DNA of 64,000 bases from Nemertoderma westbladi (taxonomy: Eukaryota > Animalia > Xenacoelomorpha): the NCBI GenBank assembly GCA_032718475.1, contig JAUCBJ010001489.1:47370-111369 (forward strand), in the 5' to 3' direction. Below are positions 13,173-26,000 of the stretch, piece by piece. Each line of letters begins with the position of its first letter. The stretch's first letter is position 1. The notes under the pieces are model-generated. The model had not been told where the DNA came from. It searched no databases and worked only from the letters and a program-made list of their open reading frames with translations. The position numbers and the translations under genes were made by a program.

Positions 13173-13677
13173 CATAATATGCTGAGTCTCTTATAATCTG
13201 AAATTTCTTAACAGAGATTAAAGCTACATGTTTTTGTATGGAAAATGTGCCTGTGCTAGTATTATGCACCTTAATTATTAATATAATTATTGCCAGGTGT
13301 CACATCAAAACGATTATAAAATACGAAATATGAGAAGGTAAAATTTTTGAGTATTTGGCCCTCTAGCAGTGGACTGGGGAACTGCATATGGATTCTCCCC
13401 AATGATGCAGCGCAGGTTGTATTATAGTATTGATTTCACAAGTTTCAGCTTAAACGTATCATAAATAACGAAACTGGAGGAGGATTTCACTTTACTATTA
13501 TTACTTACTTTTATTATTAACTTATAAGGCAATGGGCAAATGGCAAGGCAAGCAGTAGAAGCCACCTTTGCCTCACATCTCTGTTCGTAATCCCAATTAT
13601 CCTTCCCCCTGTCTTTTCCGTTTGACACATGTCTGTCTGCAAGTCTATTTCTGCCAATAGACATCAATAAAATTAAT
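13173..13677 (-). repeat. Inverted copy of part of the ~825-bp unit (matches ~9955-10477)
   Basis: ORFs 13422-13667(-) and 13051-13269(-) mirror 9968-10189(+) and 10380-10568(+). The nucleotide reverse-complement match is visible. Confidence 0.9.
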
Positions 13678-13700
13678 ATATATATATATATATATATATA
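13678..13700. repeat. (TA)n microsatellite
   Basis: Perfect TA run of ~12 units abutting the inverted copy. Confidence 0.95.
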
Positions 13701-13839
13701 AATGCCATCAGTCAGTCAGTACCGACCTCCTGGCTCCTGGTACAGTTGTAGTACAGTAGTACCTATCAGAACAGTCAGTAATCTTATTATTATTATTTTT
13801 CCCCCAGGTATCACATGGAGCGACCACCACTACAGTCTA

Positions 13840-14480
13840 AAGCCACGTGGAGTGGCAGGTAATATGTCCTGTCCGTGTTCGGTTCGTCGACCGGTAACTC
13901 CATGGCCCATCCTTTCTCGACGTACTTCTTAATCGTTCTGTGGATGTACTCATTCTTCTCGGGGCTCCGTTTTAGTGTTTGTTTCAGCTTGCGGAGTCTC
14001 GTGAGTACCATCCCTCTATTATCGGGCAGTGGTATCTTCGGTAGTTTCCATACCATTCCTATAGTATACCGCCCCTCATCGCATGTCATCGATTCCTCCA
14101 CTCTTTGTAAAGCCTGCTTGTCTTCTACCGAGGTCCCGACCCTGGTCTCTTTCAGTCCCTCGAAATCTTGTCTGAGCAGTCTTTTAAGCTGCTCCTCTGC
14201 TCCCTCATCACCCATTTCCTGCATTGTTCCCGCGAACATGCATCCTGATGTCTCCGACATCCTAAATGGTATCTTGCTCTTGATTGGGCCACTCAGCGTC
14301 CACCCGAATGGTGTTAATATCGCCACCGGGTCACACTGCTTGTCTTCGCCGAAGACCGTTTGCATTCTTTCGTGGGCCGTTGGGCAGTCCATTCCTACTA
14401 TGATGGATACCTTCCTAACGTCCACATCTGGGATTGAGAAGTCAATGTCGTCCAGGAATTTATATTGCTCGACCTCGATG
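13840..14480 (-). mobile_element. BEL/Pao LTR-retrotransposon pol fragment (region between protease and RT)
   Basis: IIVGMD...PVAILTPFGWTLSGP...SVEDKQAL...GRYTIGMVWK...LPDNRGMVLTRL...YYLPLH are characteristic BEL/Pao motifs. No LTRs were seen. Confidence 0.88.
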
Positions 14481-15187
14481 TTAATTTTATTCAGTTCATA
14501 AAGGTTTAGAATTATAATTGCACAATTTCAATTTACTTTTATTTCCAATATCTTGCTGAATGTTTGATACATCTGATGCAGAAAACAATATTTGTTTTTG
14601 TCAAGGATTTGCAGAAATCGTCTGTCTTAGAGGAAGAAAATAACGTAACTCATTAAAATCGTAACTCTTTCAATCTCTGACTAAATTATACCAAACTTGG
14701 TAAACATGTAATCTTGTCTATCGGCTAAAATAAACACAATTTGCTAAAATTTCCCCTATAATGTTTTTTTTCCTATAGAGCAATCTTATACATTGACAAG
14801 ACTTATAAAATAATTGATGTTGAATAATTATTATTAAGATTAAAATATATTATTATGACCCTCCAACCGGTTGCTTCCCACTCCCAGACAGTCACCGACC
14901 CACCCCTATAGGTTCACGAGGCAAAGCGGTTCCTGTCCGTAGAAACTGCGACTCTGAAGTAAGCGATAGTATCTCCGGATCGCGATAGATATTCCTTTTT
15001 GTGGAGAGTTGATGAGTTTATGATACAGGGGAGGTTGTTGTAAAACACAAAGACAACCTCATCGGTTCTGGTTGACTTAGAATCGACAGTTCTTCAGTAT
15101 TACTCTAATATAAAAGGTTTATACAGTATAAAGGGTTTGCTTTAAGAAAGTGGGGAATACCAGTCACTCTGTCCACTGGAAAACTTA

Positions 15188-17003
15188 AATATGGCTACTG
15201 CAAGCTATAATCTAAATAAGTTAATTATAAATTGCATTTGCATACCTGCCCACTGCCTGAAACCAAACTGTTGTGTTGGAGACACACTCGTTATATGCAA
15301 CTTCAGCGGCACAAAGACCCATTGACCCATTTCATCCACCGTCGAAGTCGACGACTTGAACCAGCCACAGATATCCCATCCTCCCCCCGTAGCGAGCGAC
15401 CTCCGCTTGAACATGAGCACGAAGCTCCTCATTGCTAATCTTCTGATCAATACACTATATTGGAAGGAAGTTTAATAATTTACTATTACTACTATAAGTA
15501 AGCATCCAACTCATCTTAGCCTTAAAAAAATTATCAGACGACTAATATAAGTGTAAATAATTTGGCTTAGAATTTGCATACCATGTAATAGGGACCTTAC
15601 GCTTACATGTATGCAGTAGCGTGTGGGCGTAGCTATTGGTGCAGGCGTAGGTGTGAAATCTTATGTCGGATATTCTTATTTAATTTCGATAAATGTACGT
15701 TTTCAAAAGTTCTATTATGGTAATTCTAATAATAATTCTAATACGCTAGCAGATGCACAGCTTCTACTAAATAAAGTGGAGAGGGCTGCTAAGGAGGTTG
15801 GATTGCATATAAATGCTACAAAGACCGAATTCATGACCTTTAATGTTGATGGAAACTTGACAACCATTGATATTAATCAACTAAGGAAGGTCGATGACTT
15901 CCAGTACCTTGGATCATGGATAGAGAGTAGCAAAAAGGACATAGAAGTTAGGAAAACAAAGGCTTGGGTAGCTCTATCAAAAATGGATACCATCTGGAAA
16001 TCAGATCTTTCCAGGCACCTGAAGACTAAGTTCTTTCGAGCCACAGTGGAAAGTGTATTTTTATACGGGGGTGAGACCTGGACAGGATACTGACTAAATC
16101 ACTTGAACAACGAATTATTGATGGTTGCTACACAAGACTACTAAGGGCAGCCCTAAACATCAGCTGGAGACAACACATGACAAACGCCGAACAATACTAC
16201 CTGTATCAACCACCCTCTGTGAACGCAGATTAAGATTCAGTGGGCACTGCTGGCGAAGTAAAGACGAGGTCATACCAGATCTACATCCCTGGCAACAAAC
16301 TCATGGAAAGCGTAGTCGTGGGAGACTGGCCATAACATATATAGATCAACTTGAAAGGGATACTGAACTTGGGAGAAACGAAATTGCGACAACTATGGAG
16401 AATCGGGAAGCCTGGAAGGATCTCATTTCCACTGTCCGAGTTCGCTCGACCTAGTAGTAGTAGTATTATTATGGTAATTAAAATATTCATCATTAGGCGT
16501 CCTACTAACAGCCTCATTTAATATAAAAACATTAATTGGACATTCTTAAAAAATTTTATCATAAGTGAATTATCATGAAGTAGGCCTACTTTTTACAAAT
16601 ACAAAAAATTATGTGGTAGTCAACTCAACTCGCAAAGTATTACTGAACCTATATTCCATTTGTCTATACATACAGTTGATCTAGGAAACATTACATATCA
16701 ATGCTAAAATACCAATGCTGTTTAAATATATTCATAAACTAATTACTAACGTTCAAGTACTCTCCTTCTATGAACAACAGTGTGAATGAGTTCGAATTGA
16801 AGGGCTCCTGTCGCAGAGGCAACCCCTTCTCGTTGACAGCCTGTGGAATATCAATAGCTGTCGATATTGCCCACCTCCTTTCCTTTGAATTTGTTGTGGA
16901 ATAACAGGGACACGTATGGAACAAACCATATGCGCCCTGACACATCACCCCAGTACAAACTGAGGTTAGCCGAATCTACAATTAAAAATAGTAACAGCAC
17001 TGT
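15188..17003 (-). pseudogene. Left inverted arm: two exons (16975-16751 and 15454-15246) of an unidentified Cys-rich gene; the second exon is frameshifted
   Basis: ttgtAG|ATT...AAC|GTTAGT gives 75 open codons (IRLTSVCTGVMCQGAYGLFHTCPCYST...FNSNSFTLLF). aatatAG|TGT...GCAG|GTATGC is 209 nt with an extra G in a G6 run. It is the reverse-complement homologue of 62087-63175. Confidence 0.7.
15726..16466 (+). mobile_element. 5'-truncated, frameshifted RTE-type LINE inserted in the intron of the left arm, 13-bp TSD
   Basis: Motifs GLHINATKTEFM, FQYLGSWI and ESVFLYGGETW. TSD TATTATGGTAATT at 15713-15725 and 16467-16479. (TAG)n tail. The right arm has the empty site at ~62577-62589. Confidence 0.93.
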
Positions 17004-17039
17004 CTGTAGTCTGTAGTCGCACTGTCTTCAGTCCATCTT

Positions 17040-20000
17040 CAGTTTGATTGAAATATAAAAAATAATTACAAGTAAACCATCCGTTCCGAGTTCAAACAGT
17101 TTGATTGAAATATAAAAAATAATTACAAGTAAACCATCCGTTCCGAGTTCAAACAGTTTGATTGAAATATAAAAAATAATTACAAGTAAACCATCCGTTC
17201 CGAGTTCAAACAGTTTGACAGTTTGATTGAAATATAAAAAATAATTACAAGTAAATCATCCGTTCCGAGTTCAAACAGTTTGATTGAAATATAAAAAATA
17301 ATTACAAGTAAACCATCCGTTCCGAGTTCAAACAGTTTGATTGAAATATAAAAAATAATTACAAGTAAACCATCCGTTCCGAGTTCAAACAGTTTGATTG
17401 AAATATAAAAAATAATTACAAGTAAACCATCCGTTCCGAGTTCAAACAGTTTGACAGTTTGATTGAAATATAAAAAATAATTACAAGTAAACCATCCGTT
17501 CCGAGTTCAAACAGTTTGATTGAAATATAAAAAATAATTACAAGTAAACCATCCGTTCCGAGTTCAAACAGTTTGATTGAAATATAAAAACTAATTACAA
17601 GTAAACCATCCGTTCCGAGTTCAAACAGTTTGACAGTTTGATTGAAATATAAAAAATAATTACAAGTAAACCATCCGTTCTGAGTTCAAACAGTTTGATT
17701 GAAATATAAAAAATAATTACAAGTAAATCATCCTTTCCGAGTTCAAACAGTTTGATTGAAATATAAAAATAATTACAAGTAAACCATCCGTTCCGAGTTC
17801 AAACAGTTTGATTGAAATATAAAAAATAATTACAAGTAAACCATCCGTTCCGAGTTCAAACAGTTTGACAGTTTGATTGAAATATAAAAAATAATTACAA
17901 GTAAACCATCCGTTCCGAGTTCAAACAGTTTGATTGAAATATAAAAACTAATTACAAGTAAACCATCCGTTCCGAGTTCAAACAGTTTGACAGTTTGATT
18001 GAAATATAAAAAATAATTACAAGTAAACCATCCGTTCTGAGTTCAAACAGTTTGATTGAAATATAAAAAATAATTACAAGTAAATCATCCTTTCCGAGTT
18101 CAAACAGTTTGATTGAAATATAAAAATAATTACAAGTAAACCATCCGTTCCGAGTTCAAACAGTTTGATTGAAATATAAAAAATAATTACAAGTAAACCA
18201 TCCGTTCCGAGTTCAAACAGTTTGACAGTTTGATTGAAATATAAAAAATAATTACAAGTAAACCATCCGTTCTGAGTTCAAACAGTTTGATTGAAATATA
18301 AAAAATAATTACAAGTAAACCATCCGTTCCGAGTTCAAACAGTTTGACAGTTTGATTGAAATATAAAAAATAATTACAAGTAAACCATCCGTTCTGAGTT
18401 CAAACAGTTTGATTGAAATATAAAAAATAATTACAAGTAAATCATCCTTTCCGAGTTCAAACAGTTTGATTGAAATATAAAAATAATTACAAGTAAACCA
18501 TCCGTTCTGAGTTCAAACAGTTTGACAGTTTGATTGAAATATAAAAAATAATTACAAGTAAACCATCCGTTCTGAGTTCAAACAGTTTGATTGAAATATA
18601 AAAAATAATTACAATTAAACCATCCGTTCTGAGTTCAAACAGTTTGACAGTTTGATTGAAATATAAAAAATAATTACAAGTAAACCATCCGTTCTGAGTT
18701 CAAACAGTTTGATTGAAATATAAAAAATAATTACAAGTAAATCATCCTTTCCGAGTTCAAACAGTTTGATTGAAATATAAAAATAATTACAAGTAAACCA
18801 TCCGTTCCGAGTTCAAACAGTTTGACAGTTTGATTGAAATATAAAAAATAATTACAAGTAAACCATCCGTTCTGAGTTCAAACAGTTTGATTGAAATATA
18901 AAAAATAATTACAAGTAAATCATCCTTTCCGAGTTCAAACAGTTTGATTGAAATATAAAAATAATTACAAGTAAACCATCCGTTCTGAGTTCAAACAGTT
19001 TGACAGTTTGATTGAAATATAAAAAATAATTACAAGTAAACCATCCGTTCTGAGTTCAAACAGTTTGATTGAAATATAAAAAATAATTACAAGTAAATCA
19101 TCCTTTCCGAGTTCAAACAGTTTGATTGAAATATAAAAATAATTACAAGTAAACCATCCGTTCCGAGTTCAAACAGTTTGACAGTTTGATTGAAATATAA
19201 AAAATAATTACAAGTAAACCATCCGTTCCGAGTTCAAACAGTTTGATTGAAATATAAAAAATAATTACAAGTAAATCATCCTTTCCGAGTTCAAACAGTT
19301 TGATTGAAATATAAAAATAATTACAAGTAAACCATCCGTTCCGAGTTCAAACAGTTTGATTGAAATATAAAAAATAATTACAAGTAAACCATCCGTTCCG
19401 AGTTCAAACAGTTTGACAGTTTGATTGAAATATAAAAAATAATTACAAGTAAACCATCCGTTCTGAGTTCAAACAGTTTGATTGAAATATAAAAAATAAT
19501 TACAAGTAAACCATCCGTTCCGAGTTCAAACAGTTTGACAGTTTGATTGAAATATAAAAAATAATTACAAGTAAACCATCCGTTCTGAGTTCAAACAGTT
19601 TGATTGAAATATAAAAAATAATTACAAGTAAATCATCCTTTCCGAGTTCAAACAGTTTGATTGAAATATAAAAATAATTACAAGTAAACCATCCGTTCCG
19701 AGTTCAAACAGTTTGATTAAAATATAAAAATAATTACAAGTAAACCATCCGTTCCGAGTTCAAACAGTTTGACAGTTTGATTGAAATATAAAAATAATTA
19801 CAAGTAAACCATCCGTTCCGAGTTCAAACAGTTTGACAGTTTGATTGAAATATAAAAATAATTACAAGTAAACCATCCGTTCCGAGTTCAAACAATTTGA
19901 TTGAAATATAAAAAATAATTACAAGTAAACCATCGGTTCCGAGTTCAAACAGGTTGATTGAAATATAAAAACTAATTACAAGTAAACCATCCGTTCCGAG

Positions 20001-23000
20001 TTCAAACAGTTTGATTGAAATATAAAAATAATTACAAGTAAACCATCCGTTCCGAGTTCAAACAGTTTGATTGAAATATAAAAAATAATTACAAGTAAAC
20101 CATCCGTTCCGAGTTCAAACAGTTTGATTGAAATATAAAAAATAATTACAAGTAAACCATCCGTTCCAAGTTCAATCAGTTTGATTGAAATATAAAAAAT
20201 AATTACAAGTAAACCATCCGTTCCGAGTTCAAACAGTTTGATTGAAATATAAAAAATAATTACAAGTAAACCATCCGTTCCGAGTTCAAACAGTTTGATT
20301 GAAATATAAAAAATAATTACAAGTAAACCATCCGTTCCGAGTTCAAACAGTTTGACAGTTTGATTGAAATATAAAAAATAATTACAAGTAAACCATCCGT
20401 TCAGAGTTCAAACAATTTGATTGAAATATAAAACTAATTACAAGTAAACCATCCGTTCCGAGTTCAAACAGTTTGATTGAAATATAAAAATAATTACAAG
20501 TAAATCATCCTTTCCGAGTTCAAACAGTTTGATTGAAATATAAAAATAATTACAAGTAAACCATCCGTTCCGAGTTCAAACAGTTTGATTGAAATATAAA
20601 AATAATTACAAGTAAACCATCCGTTCCGAGTTCAAACAATTTGATTGAAATATAAAAAATAATTACAAGTAAACCATCCGTTCCGAGTTCAAACAATTTG
20701 ATTGAAATATAAAAAATAATTACAAGTAAACCATCCGTTCCGAGTTCAAACAGTTTGATTGAAATATAAAAACTAATTACAAGTAAACCATCCGTTCCGA
20801 GTTCAAACAGTTTGATTGAAATATAAAAATAATTACAAGTAAACCATCCGTTCCGAGTTCAAACAGTTTGATTGAAATATAAAAAATAATTACAAGTAAA
20901 CCATCCGTTCCGAGTTCAAACAGTTTGATTGAAATATAAAAAATAATTACAAGTAAACCATCCGTTCCGAGTTCAAACAGTTTGATTGAAATATAAAAAA
21001 TAATTACAAGTAAACCATCCGTTCCGAGTTCAAACAGTTTGATTGAAATATAAAAAATAATTACAAGTAAACCATCCGTTCCGAGTTCAAACAGTTTGAT
21101 TGAAATATAAAAAATAATTACAAGTAAACCATCCGTTCCGAGTTCAAACAGTTTGATTGAAATATAAAAAATAATTACAAGTAAACCATCCGTTCCGAGT
21201 TCAAACAGTTTGATTGAAATATAAAAAATAATTACAAGTAAACCATCCGTTCCGAGTTCAAACAGTTTGATTGAAATATAAAAATAATTACAAGTAAACC
21301 ATCCGTTCCGAGTTCAAACAATTTGATTGAAATATAAAAAATAATTACAAGTAAACCATCCGTTCCGAGTTCAAACAATTTGATTGAAATATAAAAAATA
21401 ATTACAAGTAAACCATCCGTTCCGAGTTCAAACAGTTTGATTGAAATATAAAAACTAATTACAAGTAAACCATCCGTTCCGAGTTCAAACAGTTTGATTG
21501 AAATATAAAAATAATTACAAGTAAACCATCCGTTCCGAGTTCAAACAGTTTGATTGAAATATAAAAAATAATTACAAGTAAACCATCCGTTCCGAGTTCA
21601 AACAGTTTGATTGAAATATATAAAATAATTACAAGTAAACCATCCGTTCCGAGTTCAAACAGTTTGATTGAAATATAAAAAATAATTACAAGTAAACCAT
21701 CCGTTCCGAGTTCAAACAGTTTGATTGAAATATAAAAAATAATTACAAGTAAACCATCCGTTCCGAGTTCAAACAGTTTGATTGAAATATAAAAAATAAT
21801 TACAAGTAAACCATCCGTTCCGAGTTCAAACAGTTTGATTGAAATATAAAAAATAATTACAAGTAAACCATCCGTTCCGAGTTCAAACAGTTTGACAGTT
21901 TGATTGAAATATAAAAAATAATTACAAGTAAACCATCCGTTCTGAGTTCAAACAGTTTGATTGAAATATAAAAAATAATTACAAGTAAACCATCCGTTCC
22001 GAGTTCAAACAGTTTGATTGAAATATAAAAAATAATTACAAGTAAACCATCCGTTCCGAGTTCAAACAGTTTGATTGAAATATAAAAACTAATTACAAGT
22101 AAACCATCCGTTCCGAGTTCAAACAGTTTGATTGAAATATAAAAAATAATTACAAGTAAACCATCCTTTCCGAGTTCAAACAGTTTGATTGAAATATAAA
22201 AATAATTACAAGTAAACCATCCGTTCCGAGTTCAAACAGTTTGATTGAAATATAAAAAATAATTACAAGTAAACCATCCGTTCTGAGTTCAAACAGTTTG
22301 ACAGTTTGATTAAAATATAAAAATAATTACAAGTAAACCATCCGTTCCGAGTTCAAACAGTTTGACAGTTTGATTGAAATATAAAAATAATTACAAGTAA
22401 ACCATCCGTTCCGAGTTCAAACAGTTTGACAGTTTGATTGAAATATAAAAATAATTACAAGTAAACCATCCGTTCCGAGTTCAAACAATTTGATTGAAAT
22501 ATAAAAAATAATTACAAGTAAACCATCGGTTCCGAGTTCAAACAGGTTGATTGAAATATAAAAACTAATTACAAGTAAACCATCCGTTCCGAGTTCAAAC
22601 AGTTTGATTGAAATATAAAAATAATTACAAGTAAACCATCCGTTCCGAGTTCAAACAGTTTGATTGAAATATAAAAAATAATTACAAGTAAACCATCCGT
22701 TCCGAGTTCAAACAGTTTGATTGAAATATAAAAAATAATTACAAGTAAACCATCCGTTCCAAGTTCAATCAGTTTGATTGAAATATAAAAAATAATTACA
22801 AGTAAACCATCCGTTCCGAGTTCAAACAGTTTGATTGAAATATAAAAAATAATTACAAGTAAACCATCCGTTCCGAGTTCAAACAGTTTGATTGAAATAT
22901 AAAAAATAATTACAAGTAAACCATCCGTTCCGAGTTCAAACAGTTTGACAGTTTGATTGAAATATAAAAAATAATTACAAGTAAACCATCCGTTCAGAGT

Positions 23001-26000
23001 TCAAACAATTTGATTGAAATATAAAACTAATTACAAGTAAACCATCCGTTCCGAGTTCAAACAGTTTGATTGAAATATAAAAAATAATTACAAGTAAACC
23101 ATCCGTTCCGAGTTCAAACAGTTTGATTGAAATATAAAAATAATTACAAGTAAACCATCCGTTCCGAGTTCAAACAGTTTGAATGAAATATAAAAATAAT
23201 TACAAGTAAACCATCCGTTCCGAGTTCAAACAGTTTGATTGAAATATAAAAAATAATTACAAGTAAACCATCCGTTCCGAGTTCAAACAGTTTGATTGAA
23301 ATATAAAAAATAATTACAAGTAAACCATCCGTTCCGAGTTCAAACAGTTTGATTGAAATATAAAAAATAATTACAAGTAAACCATCCGTTCCGAGTTCAA
23401 ACAGTTTGATTGAAATATAAAAAATAATTACAAGTAAACCATCCGTTCCGAGTTCAAACAGTTTGATTGAAATATAAAACTAATTACAAGTAAACCATCC
23501 GTTCCGAGTTCAAACAGTTTGATTGAAGTATAAAAAATAATTACAAGTAAACCATCCGTTCCGAGTTCAAACAGTTTGACAGTTTGATTGAAATATAAAA
23601 AATAATTACAAGTAAACCATCCGTTCTGAGTTCAAACAGTTTGATTGAAATATAAAAAATAATTACAAGTAAATCATCCTTTCCGAGTTCAAACAGTTTG
23701 ATTGAAATATAAAAATAATTACAAGTAAACCATCCGTTCCGAGTTCAAACAGTTTGATTGAAATATAAAAAATAATTACAAGTAAACCATCCGTTCCGAG
23801 TTCAAACAGTTTGATTGAAATATAAAAAATAATTACAAGTAAACCATCCGTTCTGAGTTCAAACAGTTTGACAGTTTGATTAAAATATAAAAATAATTAC
23901 AAGTAAACCATCCGTTCCGAGTTCAAACAGTTTGACAGTTTGATTGAAATATAAAAATAATTACAAGTAAACCATCCGTTCCGAGTTCAAACAATTTGAT
24001 TGAAATATAAAAAATAATTACAAGTAAACCATCGGTTCCGAGTTCAAACAGGTTGATTGAAATATAAAAACTAATTACAAGTAAACCATCCGTTCCGAGT
24101 TCAAACAGTTTGATTGAAATATAAAAATAATTACAAGTAAACCATCCGTTCCGAGTTCAAACAGTTTGATTGAAATATAAAAAATAATTACAAGTAAACC
24201 ATCCGTTCCGAGTTCAAACAGTTTGATTGAAATATAAAAAATAATTACAAGTAAACCATCCGTTCCAAGTTCAATCAGTTTGATTGAAATATAAAAAATA
24301 ATTACAAGTAAACCATCCGTTCCGAGTTCAAACAGTTTGATTGAAATATAAAAAATAATTACAAGTAAACCATCCGTTCCGAGTTCAAACAGTTTGATTG
24401 AAATATAAAAAATAATTACAAGTAAACCATCCGTTCCGAGTTCAAACAGTTTGACAGTTTGATTGAAATATAAAAAATAATTACAAGTAAACCATCCGTT
24501 CAGAGTTCAAACAATTTGATTGAAATATAAAACTAATTACAAGTAAACCATCCGTTCCGAGTTCAAACAGTTTGATTGAAATATAAAAATAATTACAAGT
24601 AAATCATCCTTTCCGAGTTCAAACAGTTTGATTGAAATATAAAAATAATTACAAGTAAACCATCCGTTCCGAGTTCAAACAGTTTGATTGAAATATAAAA
24701 ATAATTACAAGTAAACCATCCGTTCCGAGTTCAAACAATTTGATTGAAATATAAAAAATAATTACAAGTAAACCATCCGTTCCGAGTTCAAACAATTTGA
24801 TTGAAATATAAAAAATAATTACAAGTAAACCATCCGTTCCGAGTTCAAACAGTTTGATTGAAATATAAAAACTAATTACAAGTAAACCATCCGTTCCGAG
24901 TTCAAACAGTTTGATTGAAATATAAAAATAATTACAAGTAAACCATCCGTTCCGAGTTCAAACAGTTTGATTGAAATATAAAAAATAATTACAAGTAAAC
25001 CATCCGTTCCGAGTTCAAACAGTTTGATTGAAATATAAAAAATAATTACAAGTAAACCATCCGTTCCGAGTTCAAACAGTTTGATTGAAATATAAAAAAT
25101 AATTACAAGTAAACCATCCGTTCCGAGTTCAAACAGTTTGATTGAAATATAAAAAATAATTACAAGTAAACCATCCGTTCCGAGTTCAAACAGTTTGATT
25201 GAAATATAAAAAATAATTACAAGTAAACCATCTGTTCCGAGTTCAAACAGTTTGACAGTTTGATTGAAATATAAAAAATAATTACAAGTAAACCATCCTT
25301 TCCGAGTTCAAACAGTTTGATTGAAATATAAAAACTAATTACAAGTAAACCATCCGTTCCGAGTTCAAACAGTTTGATTGAAATATAAAAATAATTACAA
25401 GTAAACCATCCGTTCCGAGTTCAAACAGTTTGATTGAAATATAAAAAATAATTACAAGTAAACCATCCGTTCAGAGTTCAAACAATTTGATTGAAATATA
25501 AAACTAATTACAAGTAAACCATCCGTTCCGAGTTCAAACAGTTTGATTGAAATATAAAAATAATTACAAGTAAATCATCCTTTCCGAGTTCAAACAGTTT
25601 GATTGAAATATAAAAATAATTACAAGTAAACCATCCGTTCCGAGTTCAAACAGTTTGATTGAAATATAAAAATAATTACAAGTAAACCATCCGTTCCGAG
25701 TTCAAACAGTTTGATTGAAATATAAAAAATAATTACAAGTAAACCATCCGTTCCGAGTTCAAACAGTTTGATTGAAATATAAAAAATAATTACAAGTAAA
25801 CCATCCGTTCCGAGTTCAAACAGTTTGATTGAAATATAAAAACTAATTACAAGTAAACCATCCGTTCCGAGTTCAAACAGTTTGATTGAAATATAAAAAT
25901 AATTACAAGTAAACCATCCGTTCCGAGTTCAAACAGTTTGATTGAAATATAAAAAATAATTACAAGTAAACCATCCGTTCCGAGTTCAAACAGTTTGATT

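Noticed and set aside
9318-13667. Repeated small ORFs MMSIGRNRLADRHVS... as a gene family
   Set aside because: They start at TTG, have no recognisable domain, and their similarity is explained by recent DNA duplication.
13875-14501. 208-aa plus-strand ORF
   Set aside because: It is the antisense shadow of the BEL/Pao pol fragment.
17040-17100. Monomer as a mini exon-intron unit on the minus strand (GGATG|GTTTAC...TATTTCAA)
   Set aside because: The acceptor would be CAA rather than CAG and the donor is weak.
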